A model generated the notes under the pieces. It saw nothing but the letters and a program-made list of their open reading frames with translations. It did not search any database and was not told where the DNA came from. A program made the translations under genes and the position numbers. Shown here piece by piece: positions 23,723 through 34,399 of a stretch of 64,000 nt of DNA (position 1 is its first letter; every line of letters starts with the position of its first letter). The DNA is from Tubulanus polymorphus (Eukaryota; Animalia; Nemertea): positions 17,615,653-17,679,652 of the forward strand of contig NC_134028.1 in assembly GCF_964204645.1 (NCBI RefSeq), written 5' to 3'.

Positions 23723-25180
23723 ATGGCAGAAGATGGAGAAGGTTTTCCAATGGATCCTTTAGGTGATGAACCCGGTATAAGTGATGAACCACAACCTGAT
23801 TTTAATGAAACTAATATTGATAATGATGATGAATCAGCATATAATTCTAATTTAGAAGATAGTGGTTCTAAAGTCCCATCAACAGAAGAAAATGATAGAA
23901 GAATTAGATCGAGAATACCTACTGAAAATTTAGACCCCAGGTTAGAAAGAGAATATATTGAAGATAATGAATATATTCATAAATTCAAACCTGTATTTAA
24001 AGAATCTGGATATAATATAAATGATAAAGTCGCCAGATTTTTAGTAAAAAAATTAAAGTTTTTAGATGGTGAATATTATTATCATTTGAAAGATGATTAT
24101 TATATTGATATCTCTAATAAAAATGAAGACAAAATAGTAGCAAAATCAACTTTGCTTAAGTTTGACTCATTACTATCTAGAATTAAAATAATAAGAAATG
24201 GTAATGAAATAGAAGATGTAACACAAGAATTATTAACTGATAAAAATAAAAGAGTATTTAAACAAAGAATTAATAAGTTATTTGAAACAATCAAAGATAA
24301 TCCAGAAACAGAAACAACTTCTGAACAGAATAAAACTTCAAAAACTAGTAAACTTAAATCAAACGAAGTTCAAACTGAAAAACTTTTACCGAATGGATTA
24401 CTTGATGCAACAGATCAAGAAATAGAAGCTTTAAGTATGTTTTCTAAAAAAACAATTAGAGAAATAATAAGTATACGAAATGAAGCCGATAAAATTGCGC
24501 GCGAAAAACATTAGATATAATAAAATTAAACCTTTAGAAAATAAATCATTTGACACCAGAAAAGAATTAGAACAATTAAAATTAGATAGAGAATTTTAAG
24601 TTATTGAAGAAATTGAATTTAAAAAAAGAAATGCATATTTAGAAATGAAATTGATGATTTAGAATATAACATAGAATTTCATAAAGAAAAAATGAAATTA
24701 TTATTAAAATCATATGATTATTGTATTAATAGATTAAAAGTTGTTGTTAAAGAGTTAATACTAAAACCAAATTCTGACATATCACTAAAAGATAGAATAA
24801 AATTATTATTTAAGTTTGAAGGAATAACAATTCTTTCAATTCTAACAGCTGTAACTATGTTATTTACAACAATTGGTTTAGCAATATCAAATGCTTTAAA
24901 ATCTACACCTACTCCCAATAAACCAGATAAACCCCCGAATGATAATAATTCTATACAAGATAAAGTTAAATATGGTTTAAAGAAATTGGCAAAATATTTA
25001 TGGGAACTATCTAAAAAATCTGCAGCATTGCCAGGAATTATTGCATCAATTGTTGGTTTTATATTGAAATCTGCAGGTAATATTCTTAACTTTGCTGCTG
25101 AACATATTATTTTATTTTTAATTACAGTTGTAAGTGCTATTATTTTTGGGTTAGTAAATATGATATCAAAAAATAAATAA
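23723..25180 (+). pseudogene. Large acidic/coiled-coil protein with C-terminal membrane segments, frameshifted at ~24510-24690
   Basis: ORFs 23723-24514 and 24692-25180 are joined by a coiled-coil-like segment; GITILSILTAV and LPGIIASIVGFIL TM helices. Confidence 0.7.
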
Positions 25181-25200
25181 TTAATTTTTTTGTTAAATAA

Positions 25201-26449
25201 ATGAGTGGGAGTTATATCAATCCTTCGAAGAATCATAGAATATCTAATGCTATTAAAGCAGAAAGATCACATCGTATAATTACTCATAACCCTTCTAATA
25301 TTAATCCCGATGAAACTTTATACGTTAGAATCCCTCGATTAACACAAAATACTTTTTACGTTCCAAATAGTATTTATTTATCGGCTGATATAAAAGTAAT
25401 CGGTAATAATAATAATTATGTTGTTGATAATGTTGGAAGATATTTGATTAAAAAGTTAATAATAAAGATTGGTCCAGAAACAGTTTTCTCATTAGATGAT
25501 TATAATTTATTTATGCATTATAAAGATTTATGGTTAACTAAAGAAAATAGAAATAATATGATATTTCAAGGCATCCAACCAGAAAACCAAAATAAATTAA
25601 GATCTGAAGCCAATAATGCAGTAGTAACTAATGCTGTAGATAATTTGATAAAAAAAATTTATGGAAGCAAATATAAAATTCCATTAGACTTTGAATTGAT
25701 AAATAATAATGCACCTTTATATAAATACGCAATTCAAGAAGACGTTATATTCGAAATAACATTTGCTCCTGTAAATGAAATTGTATTATCTAGCGTTGTT
25801 AAAGATATGAGTTATGAATTATCGAATATATGTTTAGAATATGACACAGTAACTGATGAAAATATTTCAAGTATAATTCAAACTAAATACAATCAAGGAT
25901 TTTCATTATTATATGATTATATTGATAAATTTAAAACCGTAACTATTAATGCAAATGATGAAATAATTAATGAGAATATTAACTTCCCAAGAAGATCTAT
26001 TAAAGGTATATTAATATTTTTTACCATTGCAACATATACTAATGGCGCAATAAATGTTGATAATTATTATAATCCTGAAATAACAAAAGTAGAAATAACT
26101 ATCGAAGGAATAGCAAATAAAATATTTTGTCAAGGAATGAGAATGATTGATCAATGGCCAGAAATTAGAAAACATTTTATGAATGAAAAAGTAAAATCAT
26201 CTGAAAATTGTAACATTAATCAAATTGATTATTATACCGGCAATAAATATGCATTATGGTTAGATTTTAGAACAACAGAGGATAATTCATTACATGGTTC
26301 TGGAAAAAAAACTACGGAACACTAAAGATGGAATACAATTATTCATGACAAAGAATAAAGGAATCAAAAATTTTAAAATGCACATTTATATTATATCTGA
26401 CGCGCAATTAAATATTGTAAATTCTCAATTAGATAGTGTTATGTATTAA
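25201..26449 (+). CDS. Major capsid protein (double jelly roll), frameshift in the A-run near 26305
   Basis: ITHNPSNINPDETLYVRIPRL...NICLEYD...NINFPRRSIKGIL..YNPEITKVEITIEG...LWLDFRT.EDN.LHGSG; size and motifs fit this Polinton MCP family. Confidence 0.82.
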
Positions 26450-26481
26450 AATTTTAACTTTAATAAAAATATATATAATAA

Positions 26482-27246
26482 ATGGAAGGAGGTAAAGTAT
26501 ATAAACATATTCCATACATCGATACACATGAAAATAATGATGGTTTATATTATGTAATACCTTGTAATATCGCTTTGATATTTGATCCTATTTTCAAAAA
26601 TTATAAAACTAAACTAATAGAAATCGATAATAATTTAAGTAATGTAATTGATAATAATGTAATACCTACTACATCTAATAATGTAATACCTACTACATCC
26701 AATAATGTAATACCTACTACATATAATAATGCAATAATATTAAATGTTAGTAAAAATATAAATTATTGTGATTATTGTAAAGGTGAATTTTCAAACGCTC
26801 CATCAAATTGGAATAAACATATGAATACAAGGGTACATATAAATAATGTTATAGAACGTGTTGGTTTAAAAGAATTTATAGAACACCCATTTAGATATGT
26901 TACAAAGTTTGTTTCAAATCAAAAAGTAAATGGTAAAGAATTATATAAAGATTTATTATTAGCAACACCTAATAAAGATGAATTAGATCTAACCGATGCT
27001 AATGAAATATTAGAATCAAACACTGTAAATGAAATATTAGGAGCAAACACTAATAAAGATTCTATGAAACATAAAGTAGAAAATAATGATAACTTTGATT
27101 GGATGAATAAGCATAACAATGAAACAACTATTGATGATGCGGTAAAAAAGGCGAAGAATAAGTACAAAAATAATGAAGAATTAGAAGAAGATTCGGTAGA
27201 GAAATTGAGAAAATTGTTAGGGGGGTCTGATAGTGAAAATGATTAA
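26482..27246 (+). CDS. Accessory protein with a C2H2 zinc finger and (NNVIPTTS)x3 repeat
   Basis: CDYC...WNKHMNTRVH; 24-bp internal repeat at ~26655-26725. Confidence 0.7.
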   Translation: MEGGKVYKHIPYIDTHENNDGLYYVIPCNIALIFDPIFKNYKTKLIEIDNNLSNVIDNNVIPTTSNNVIPTTSNNVIPTTYNNAIILNVSKNINYCDYCKGEFSNAPSNWNKHMNTRVHINNVIERVGLKEFIEHPFRYVTKFVSNQKVNGKELYKDLLLATPNKDELDLTDANEILESNTVNEILGANTNKDSMKHKVENNDNFDWMNKHNNETTIDDAVKKAKNKYKNNEELEEDSVEKLRKLLGGSDSEND

Positions 27247-27432
27247 GATATTAATTATATTTAACTCAAATAATAATATTAGTTGAAAATTGTATAAAAT
27301 AATAGTAAATAAAAAAGGGGGTTTTAAGTATTTAAGGTATCTAATAGGGTATCAGGTATAAGGGTATCAGGTATTAGGGTATCTAATGGGGTGTCAGGTA
27401 TTAGGGTATCTAATACATAGTCATACAAATAG

Positions 27433-27953
27433 TTATTTTATAAATTTATATTCATAGGGAAATTGTAGTCTCAGTAATAATTTTGAACCTTTATTATTCT
27501 TTAATTTATTCATATATTCATCATGTAATTCAGTAGGTATAATTTGATTTTCTTCCAATGATTGTTGCATAGATTTTTTATCTTTGTTATAAAATAAAAC
27601 TAGAAATCTAATGTTTTCTCTAAAGTCTTTAACAATTGAATTATATTTTTGATTTAAAACCCATGTTGTTATCCCAAAATGTCTCCCAGAGAAAGCTAAA
27701 TAACATAACTCACTTTCTCTCACTTTTGAATCATGTAAACTTGCGCAATCATCTACAATGAATAATGTATTTGATCCTTTATAAGTATCAATTGCTATTT
27801 TTATACAATTATCTAAATTTTCTTTTACTGTTTTAGGAAATAATTCTTATAAATAGTTTCTAACAAATCTAATATGAAATGTGTTTTACCACAATTGGTT
27901 ACACCAGTAACTAACATATTATGCGGTTCAAATATAAATAAATCTTTATTCAT
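27433..27953 (-). pseudogene. A32/FtsK-like DNA packaging ATPase with an internal deletion
   Basis: Reverse strand MNKDLFIFEPHNMLVTGVTNCGKTHF (Walker A), LFIVDDCA (Walker B), LAFSGRH..TTWVLNQKY..FRENI. Confidence 0.88.
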
Positions 27954-29043
27954 TTATTCTTTTAATTTTACTAGATAAAATCCATTCATTAAATTTATCA
28001 TCGTATCCTTTATATTTCACCGAAGAATACTTTTTTCCTTTAAGAGTTTTTGTTTTCAATACTTTTTCTATTTTGTATTCTATTTCATCTGGGTTTGGTA
28101 CAAGTGATAATTCTTGTTCATAGAAATAACCTAATATTTCTTCATCTTTTAGATCTTCTAATTTATAAACAAAAGGTTTAGTTAATATTATCTTTTTAAT
28201 TTTAAATATTTCTTCAGTAAAATTTGGGGTATAACCTTTATAAAAGGTTTTTCTATATTTAGATATTCTTACGTGTTGTCCAATTTTGAATCTAGGTTCA
28301 CCGAAATCGTGTGTAACAAACGCCCCATATAAATTATTCCAAACTATTTCCGAATTATCTTCTTTTCTAGCTTGTATAGGTTTCATATTTATAGAACTAT
28401 GTTTAGAATTATTATAACCTTTCACTAAATCATCTAACATATTTATAGACTCACCGATATATTTATATGTTTCATTAGCAGTAAAATATTTCCACATTCT
28501 AGTTTTCAATGTTTTATTAAATCTTTCTATAATAGATGCTTTTTTATCTGAGTGTGTTGAAAAATATTTTACATCGTTATCAGATAATAGTTTTTTAAAA
28601 TGTTTGTTATAAAATTCCTTACCTTCATCAAATTGTATCTTATCTGGAATAGCTTCTTTAAATATAGATTTAAAAGCATTTGTAACTTCTATTCCAGTTT
28701 TATTTTTGATTGGAATTGACCATGCGTATCGACTGAATATATCTATAACATTCAGTATCCAGAAATATGCTTTGTTGTATTCCTCTAAGTTCTTCATGTC
28801 AATTAAATCTGCTTGCCATTGTCGATCGATATATGAAACCATAACTTTCCTTGTTAAATAAGTTTTATCCATTTTCTTGTGTATTTGATATGTTGGTTGA
28901 TTTTGTAACCATGATTTTAATTCACTATATTTTATACCACCATTATCAGATTTAATTTTATTCCATAATTCTGAAACGTTAGAATATGATACTTCACTTT
29001 CTGGGTTATAATATAAATCTCTTAAATATTGTCCTTTTTTCAT
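27946..29043 (-). CDS. int: Retroviral-like (rve) integrase with C-terminal chromodomain, intact
   Basis: WQADLIDM (D), IQFDEGKEF (D), IIERFNKTLK (E); YKIEKVLK...VKYKGYDDKFNEWI chromo-like tail. Confidence 0.95.
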   Translation of the reverse strand: MKKGQYLRDLYYNPESEVSYSNVSELWNKIKSDNGGIKYSELKSWLQNQPTYQIHKKMDKTYLTRKVMVSYIDRQWQADLIDMKNLEEYNKAYFWILNVIDIFSRYAWSIPIKNKTGIEVTNAFKSIFKEAIPDKIQFDEGKEFYNKHFKKLLSDNDVKYFSTHSDKKASIIERFNKTLKTRMWKYFTANETYKYIGESINMLDDLVKGYNNSKHSSINMKPIQARKEDNSEIVWNNLYGAFVTHDFGEPRFKIGQHVRISKYRKTFYKGYTPNFTEEIFKIKKIILTKPFVYKLEDLKDEEILGYFYEQELSLVPNPDEIEYKIEKVLKTKTLKGKKYSSVKYKGYDDKFNEWILSSKIKRINE

Positions 29044-29049
29044 TCTATT

Positions 29050-29448
29050 TTAATCCATTAATAATAATTTAGATTTAGTTTCAATGACTTTATGATTTGA
29101 CTTATTTTCTGGTATAATATGTTTCCGATTGTCATTGGAATCATCTTTATCATCAGATTTGAATTTTGATTTATATATTACACCGGATAATATAATAACT
29201 GTTACTAATCCAATTGTAATATATAATTTATAATTACTTCCAACATTAGAAGAATTAGATGGATAATCATTCGAATCAATATCAGATAATTTCTGTGATT
29301 CATTTATATCAGTTAATTTCTTTTTCTTAGCTTTTTTTAATTCTGAAGATCTTTTACCTAATTCTCTTGCCCATTTAATTTGTTTCTCGGATCTAGCCTT
29401 TTTCTTAACGTCACTGTGTGGGCGCCGTACGGCAATACCATCACTCAT
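29050..29448 (-). CDS. Basic protein with a single TM helix (132 aa)
   Basis: Lys/Arg-rich N-terminus and LYITIGLVTVIILSGVIY. Confidence 0.7.
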   Translation of the reverse strand: MSDGIAVRRPHSDVKKKARSEKQIKWARELGKRSSELKKAKKKKLTDINESQKLSDIDSNDYPSNSSNVGSNYKLYITIGLVTVIILSGVIYKSKFKSDDKDDSNDNRKHIIPENKSNHKVIETKSKLLLMD

Positions 29449-30043
29449 TTATTTTAGTTAATTTTTGTTCTGATTCATTTTCTGTTTCGACGTTTGGTTG
29501 TAGTACATCTGTTTCGTTCTTACCTGATTTATATTCCATAGGCTTGATGTTCGAAAATGTTATGACGCCAGTAGAAATTAATGTCAAAACCGATCCTAAT
29601 TGAAATGAAGCATATCCAACCCATTTTTGTAATTCAGTCATAACTAAATAGTCATTTTTCAAATCACTATATAATTTATTTTCATCATCAATTGGTATTA
29701 ACTGGTTACATAACTTAGAATAACATTTGACAATACCATTCGAAATAGAATCATTTATTTTAGCTAATCTTGCCTCTTCATAAATCTTAAAATATTTTAT
29801 TACTTTATCTGGTTTCATAACATCTAATTCTTGAAAAGTAATGATTCTATTTAAAAACTCCTTAGATTTCCCGCCAGCAATTAATAATTCAAGATGATGC
29901 TTACAATAAAAGTAGTATTCATAATCTATATTGTTATTAACTTGAATAGAATTAGAAACAACTGTATCTTTATTATCACTTATACCCAAATCATCTAATG
30001 TCTTTTCAATATCAATACTATTCTTATTAGATTTCTTTGACAT
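29441..30043 (-). CDS. Polinton hypothetical protein (200 aa) with a C-terminal hydrophobic segment
   Basis: Intact ORF with TTTTTTCCTCTAATATAAATG start. Confidence 0.72.
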   Translation of the reverse strand: MSKKSNKNSIDIEKTLDDLGISDNKDTVVSNSIQVNNNIDYEYYFYCKHHLELLIAGGKSKEFLNRIITFQELDVMKPDKVIKYFKIYEEARLAKINDSISNGIVKCYSKLCNQLIPIDDENKLYSDLKNDYLVMTELQKWVGYASFQLGSVLTLISTGVITFSNIKPMEYKSGKNETDVLQPNVETENESEQKLTKINE

Positions 30044-30373
30044 TTATATTAGAGGAAAAAAGCAAAAAAAGATATGATAAGTATTCTTCAAATGATACCA
30101 GTATCTCTTTAGATTAATACTAGCTTAGTTAAAGGTAAAGAATTTTAGTATTAGTTATTGTTTTTTTAGTATTTTTTATTTGTGATATAAAGTATTCTTT
30201 TTTGAAAAGAAAATATTAAAAATATGATAGAATTCACTAGCTAGTTGAAGTTATTGTTTTTTAAATACTTTTTATTTAAAATCTATTTGATATCACCATG
30301 TGGGTGCCGTACGGCACCATCTCACTACTTTTGTTTATCTATTAGGAGCAGTAGTTATAACTGTCCAGATAAG

Positions 30374-31048
30374 TCATTTCGGATCCTTGATATCAAATTC
30401 CTCAACGTATTGTTCATTATTTTGATTATTGTTCCATTGATCAATAAATTTCTTTGCCTTTGTTAACTGTTCTAAATATAACTGTAAATCTAGTTTATTA
30501 GATTTGATTTGATTTTCTTTCTTTTCTAAAGTCCTTAAATTTTTCCAACCCCAAATAAGTTTTTTATTGTATTCATCATTCATGTTAAATTTAGATATTG
30601 GTAACACGTGATCAATATGGTAATAATCCCCATAATTATCTATATTCATTTTATCATCGAATTGAAATATAATCCATGATTTGAGAAATTCATCTGAACA
30701 ACCCAATAAATTAGATAGTGTTTCTGAATGTGTTTCTTTGTTGAATAATTGTGTTAATCTAGATCTTAAGCATTGTTTTAATCTAAAATTAAGATCTGTT
30801 TGATATCTTTCTCTCATATATTCTGTCATATAATCATTATAAGCTTCTCTATTATCTTCTCGATATTGTTTAGTATATAGTTTAGTACAAGTTTTACAAC
30901 AATATTGAAAACCATCTTTGCTAATCTTACGCTTACTAAATTCTGTTAATGATTTATCTAATTCACATTTAGAACACTTCTTGTAGTATATGTTTATAAC
31001 GCCAGTGTTATTTGTAATATTGATAATTTGTGGTTGTTCTGGTTCCAT
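30374..31048 (-). CDS. Zn-ribbon plus HNH endonuclease (type common in large DNA viruses)
   Basis: KKCSKC..K.L.EF...G.Q..CK.C; LLGCS..FL; YHIDHVLPIS...NLRTL...EN..KSNK. Confidence 0.85.
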   Translation of the reverse strand: MEPEQPQIINITNNTGVINIYYKKCSKCELDKSLTEFSKRKISKDGFQYCCKTCTKLYTKQYREDNREAYNDYMTEYMRERYQTDLNFRLKQCLRSRLTQLFNKETHSETLSNLLGCSDEFLKSWIIFQFDDKMNIDNYGDYYHIDHVLPISKFNMNDEYNKKLIWGWKNLRTLEKKENQIKSNKLDLQLYLEQLTKAKKFIDQWNNNQNNEQYVEEFDIKDPK

Positions 31049-31127
31049 TTATTATACGTATTTTTTTACTAAATTGGTTAATAATTTTAGAATCCTCTTC
31101 AATTTCTTCGACCAACGTCATCCTTTT

Positions 31128-31379
31128 TCATTCCTCGCTGCTTTTGATAAGTTGTTTCGATTCCTTGATATCAAATTCCTCAACGTATTGTTCATTATTT
31201 GGATCATTATTCCATAATTCAATAAATTTCTTTGCCTTTGTTAACTGTTCTGAATATAACTGTAAATATTCTAGTTTCAATTTATTCTCTAAATGTGTTT
31301 TAGTTTTATTGTGTCTTGCTTTTTGGGATTTATCTACATTGATTTTACATGTTGGACAGTAGTACTTATTTGCTTCCAT
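31128..31379 (-). CDS. Chimeric 83-aa ORF: PolB N-terminal zinc finger (from the TIR) fused to a duplicated HNH C-terminus
   Basis: First 38 aa are near-identical to PolB; LQLYSEQLTKAKKFI..NNEQYVEEFDIK is duplicated from 30374-30490. Confidence 0.7.
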   Translation of the reverse strand: MEANKYYCPTCKINVDKSQKARHNKTKTHLENKLKLEYLQLYSEQLTKAKKFIELWNNDPNNEQYVEEFDIKESKQLIKSSEE

Positions 31380-31863
31380 TTTAATACTAAATTTTTTATT
31401 AAAATTGATTTTAGAAGTTCAATGATTTAAATGTTATTCATGTATATGAATATTTTAAGAGTAATAGGGGTAATGGGCTTTCGGGTTAAAGGTTGAATGG
31501 TCGAGTTCATTAATAACAAATATTAAAAGTAATTTAAAACTATAATATATTTTCATAACCGTGTGTATTTCAGTTGAACAATAGAATAATTATTATCATT
31601 TGAATATATTTGATTATATGAATTTGTGTATTGTAAATAAATCAATTGGTCGCGGAGCGGAGCGGTAGCGAAGTGGAGCGACCAATTGATTTAATACAAT
31701 ATGCTTTTTAAATTATTGATATCTTAGAATAAATATTTAGTTTTAATATAAAATACACACGGTTATAAAAATATATTATAGTTTTTAATTACTTTTAATG
31801 TTTTGTTTTTTAATGAGCTCGACCCTTCGACCTTTGATCTGAAAGCCCATTACCCCTATTACT
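31266..31863 (-). repeat. Right TIR with hairpin (31460-31863)
   Basis: Near-exact reverse complement of the left TIR. Confidence 0.95.
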
Positions 31864-31869
31864 CACGAC

Positions 31870-32535
31870 AGATATTGGAGTCCGAAAAGAGATTGAGTGG
31901 ATCGATTACGCGAGTGCAGCAAGAGCTGGATTCTAAATTCCATGCCATACAAACTCAACTGAAGATGACGCAGATAGAAAACAGACAATTGAAACAGCAA
32001 TTCGAAAGTTTAATCGGTTCGGTAGAATGCCAACAGTCGTTAATCGAAAATTTCGACTACAAAGCGCGGGAGAAAAATCTGATTGTACTAGGTATACCGC
32101 AAACAACCGACATTGTATTACCAAACGGGGTACATTTAAAAACCGATGAGGAAAAATTGAAGCAGTTATTCACCGCAGCAGGGAAAGCAGACATAGCCTT
32201 CAGTTATCGTCGTATCGGAGCGACGCCACGCAGTGGCCAGTAGAACGAAAATAGATCGAACCGCCCACTACTAGTTGAGTTAGAATCTGCGGAAAGAAAT
32301 TATAGCTCACAAAGGCAACATCGAGACTGATCCAACATTCGCCAACCTCAACCTCCGGATAAAACGCGATCAACATCCGGCTATACGACGCGAGTGGGCG
32401 CGACTTTACGAAGCGGAAAAGGCCGAGAAAGCCAAACCAGAAAATGCAACTGCTAATATAACATTTGATAAGAAAAAGCGTCACATTATGAAAGACAACG
32501 TAGTCATTGATAGATTTTTAATGAATTTTCAGTAG
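31870..32535 (+). pseudogene. LINE ORF1, 3' part (coiled coil plus RRM-like domain), frameshifted
   Basis: Coiled coil followed by REKNLIVLGIPQ...YRRIG, typical of LINE ORF1. Confidence 0.75.
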
Positions 32536-32559
32536 GCGGGCAGAGTCGATTAAATCCGA

Positions 32560-33121
32560 AAATAAGTATATGTACCTGGAATATAAATGGTGTTGGGCAA
32601 AAATTAGAAAACAATATTGTTATATCTACATTATCTCAGTATGACATTATATGTATAAATGAAGTAAAAACTTCATTAGAGTTCGGACTGGCAGGCTATG
32701 TAACTTACTATAGTCCTGGAAAACAGCAACATCGTGGTGGTTGTGCAGTTTTAATTAGGCACAAAGTTAATGACGAGTTGTGCTATATAGATTGCTCAAA
32801 CCCGGAAATCATTAGTTTCAGACTTTCCAGTATATCGGATGTACTATTCGTATCATGTTACGTTCCACCGAAAGACTCACCATATTTTTCTCTGGACGTT
32901 ATATCGACGCTGAATGACATCATTCAGTCAAAACAATACAATATGTGTATATTAGGTGATCTGAATTGTCGATATTCGAATTTGCGTAATGCGTTTCTTG
33001 AGTCTATAACACAATCGAAACCGGGAGTGCAGTATTCCGAATCACCTGATCTCGTCATTAGACCCAATGAGAATGCAAAAATATTGTGCGATGTTCTAAA
33101 ACCCTTAGTATTGGTGAATAG
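32560..33121 (+). pseudogene. LINE ORF2 apurinic endonuclease domain (5' part)
   Basis: CTWNINGV, DIICINEVK, GGCAVLI, SCYVPP, ILGDLNCR. Confidence 0.9.
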
Positions 33122-34395
33122 TGATCCACAGCTAGATTTTCGTAGTATTTGAAAATGTTTCGTAGTATTTAGAAATGTTCTTAATTTTGTTTCCGTATGC
33201 GTAGGGGTTACGTTAAAGCCGTCAGACAAGAACGTACTAGTAGTAAGAATTACGAAAGTTCTTGTTTGATGCTTTCATCTACCAACGCAAACCATAAATC
33301 AGTCTATAAACAACAATTCTTTCTCGGTTCTTCTGCTGTGAGATCTGGCAAACATTCGGAAAATCTTTATATAAAACTTTTAAATAGTTGGAACCATATT
33401 TGGTTGGGTCGGAACAATTGAGTGTATTTATAATGAGGCTCGTGAAGGGATCACGCTGATACTTGATGATATTCCCGGCTACTTTCCGTAAAAGGAAAAA
33501 CCGGAAGTTTAGGAAGATGTGGTTGTTTTGCTTATCCTGTATTAAAATAGAACTAGTTAAATTGTAGATAAAATAATTAGTATAAGTATTTCAAATAATT
33601 TAAGAATTGATAATCAATCACAATGTATTCTGAATCGTAGTTAATTATAATAATTAAAAAAAGAAACAATGAATTTGTACTGTAATTAGAAAAGAAAACA
33701 AAGTTTTGAAAAGATATTTAATTTGAGTAATCTAGATGTTGTTTAAGAACAAATTGTTAATAATCGCTAATGTTTTAGAAAAATTAATTTGTGTTAAATG
33801 TTAAAACTAGCTGTCTGAAGTTTCTGTTGTCTGTATGCGCTCGTCGGTAATTCACAGACAATAGCTGCTCTCTCAACAACGACTAGCAAGGAGTGAGTAA
33901 ATCACAACGCGTCATGACAGGAGGGTTGGAAGAAAAAGTTTATATCAGCAAATCAGTTTCTTAAAAACCTTTAGATCAGCAAATCAGTAGGGCTAAATTT
34001 TCCGTAACTAAAAACGGTCATGACAGTTGGGTAGCTGCTCCTTGCCAAAAAGCGGAAGACCCTGCGTGGGAGAGTCGGTATTTTAAGAATGCCGATTCTT
34101 TCTATAAAAGGGACCCGCATCTTGAGAGAGCAGTCACTGGAGAGAATCTGTACCTTAGTAAGACGAGTGTCGACAACAGGACAGGAGAAGCTTCGGAACG
34201 ATAGGGATTCAAATACAATAGGGATTAGGAAAATCATTCTTTGTTCAAGGTAAATAAAATATATTATCTTCAATATTATCATCCGGTATTTCAATTTATT
34301 CATTCGGATTTGTGCACGGACACGTTCTCTCGCCAGGGCCTTACTCAAGTATTTTATAGATAACGACTAAGGAGAGGATTGTGACCGGTGTATCA
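33122..34395 (+). mobile_element. Solo LTR (Gypsy-type), 1274 bp, 4-bp TSD ATAG
   Basis: TGAT...ATCA termini; ATAG at 33118-33121 and 34396-34399; TATAAAA (~34104) and AATAAA (~34254). Removing it restores LINE ORF2 (LVLVNRLQ). Confidence 0.9.
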
Positions 34396-34399
34396 ATAG

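Larger units (their letters stand above)
15146..31863 (+). mobile_element. Full-length Polinton/Maverick (endogenous adintovirus-like element), 16,718 bp
   Basis: AGT...ACT termini, ~597-bp TIRs, 6-bp TSD CACGAC (15140-15145 and 31864-31869); pPolB, integrase, ATPase and capsid genes. Confidence 0.97.

Noticed and set aside
24718-25236. Antisense ORFs overlapping Polinton, BEL, LINE and Gypsy genes
   Set aside because: Shadow frames of real coding sequence, with no motifs or promoter signature.
31803-32243. 146-aa ORF as a Polinton gene
   Set aside because: Starts in the TIR and runs into LINE ORF1; the true N-terminus is at 14959.
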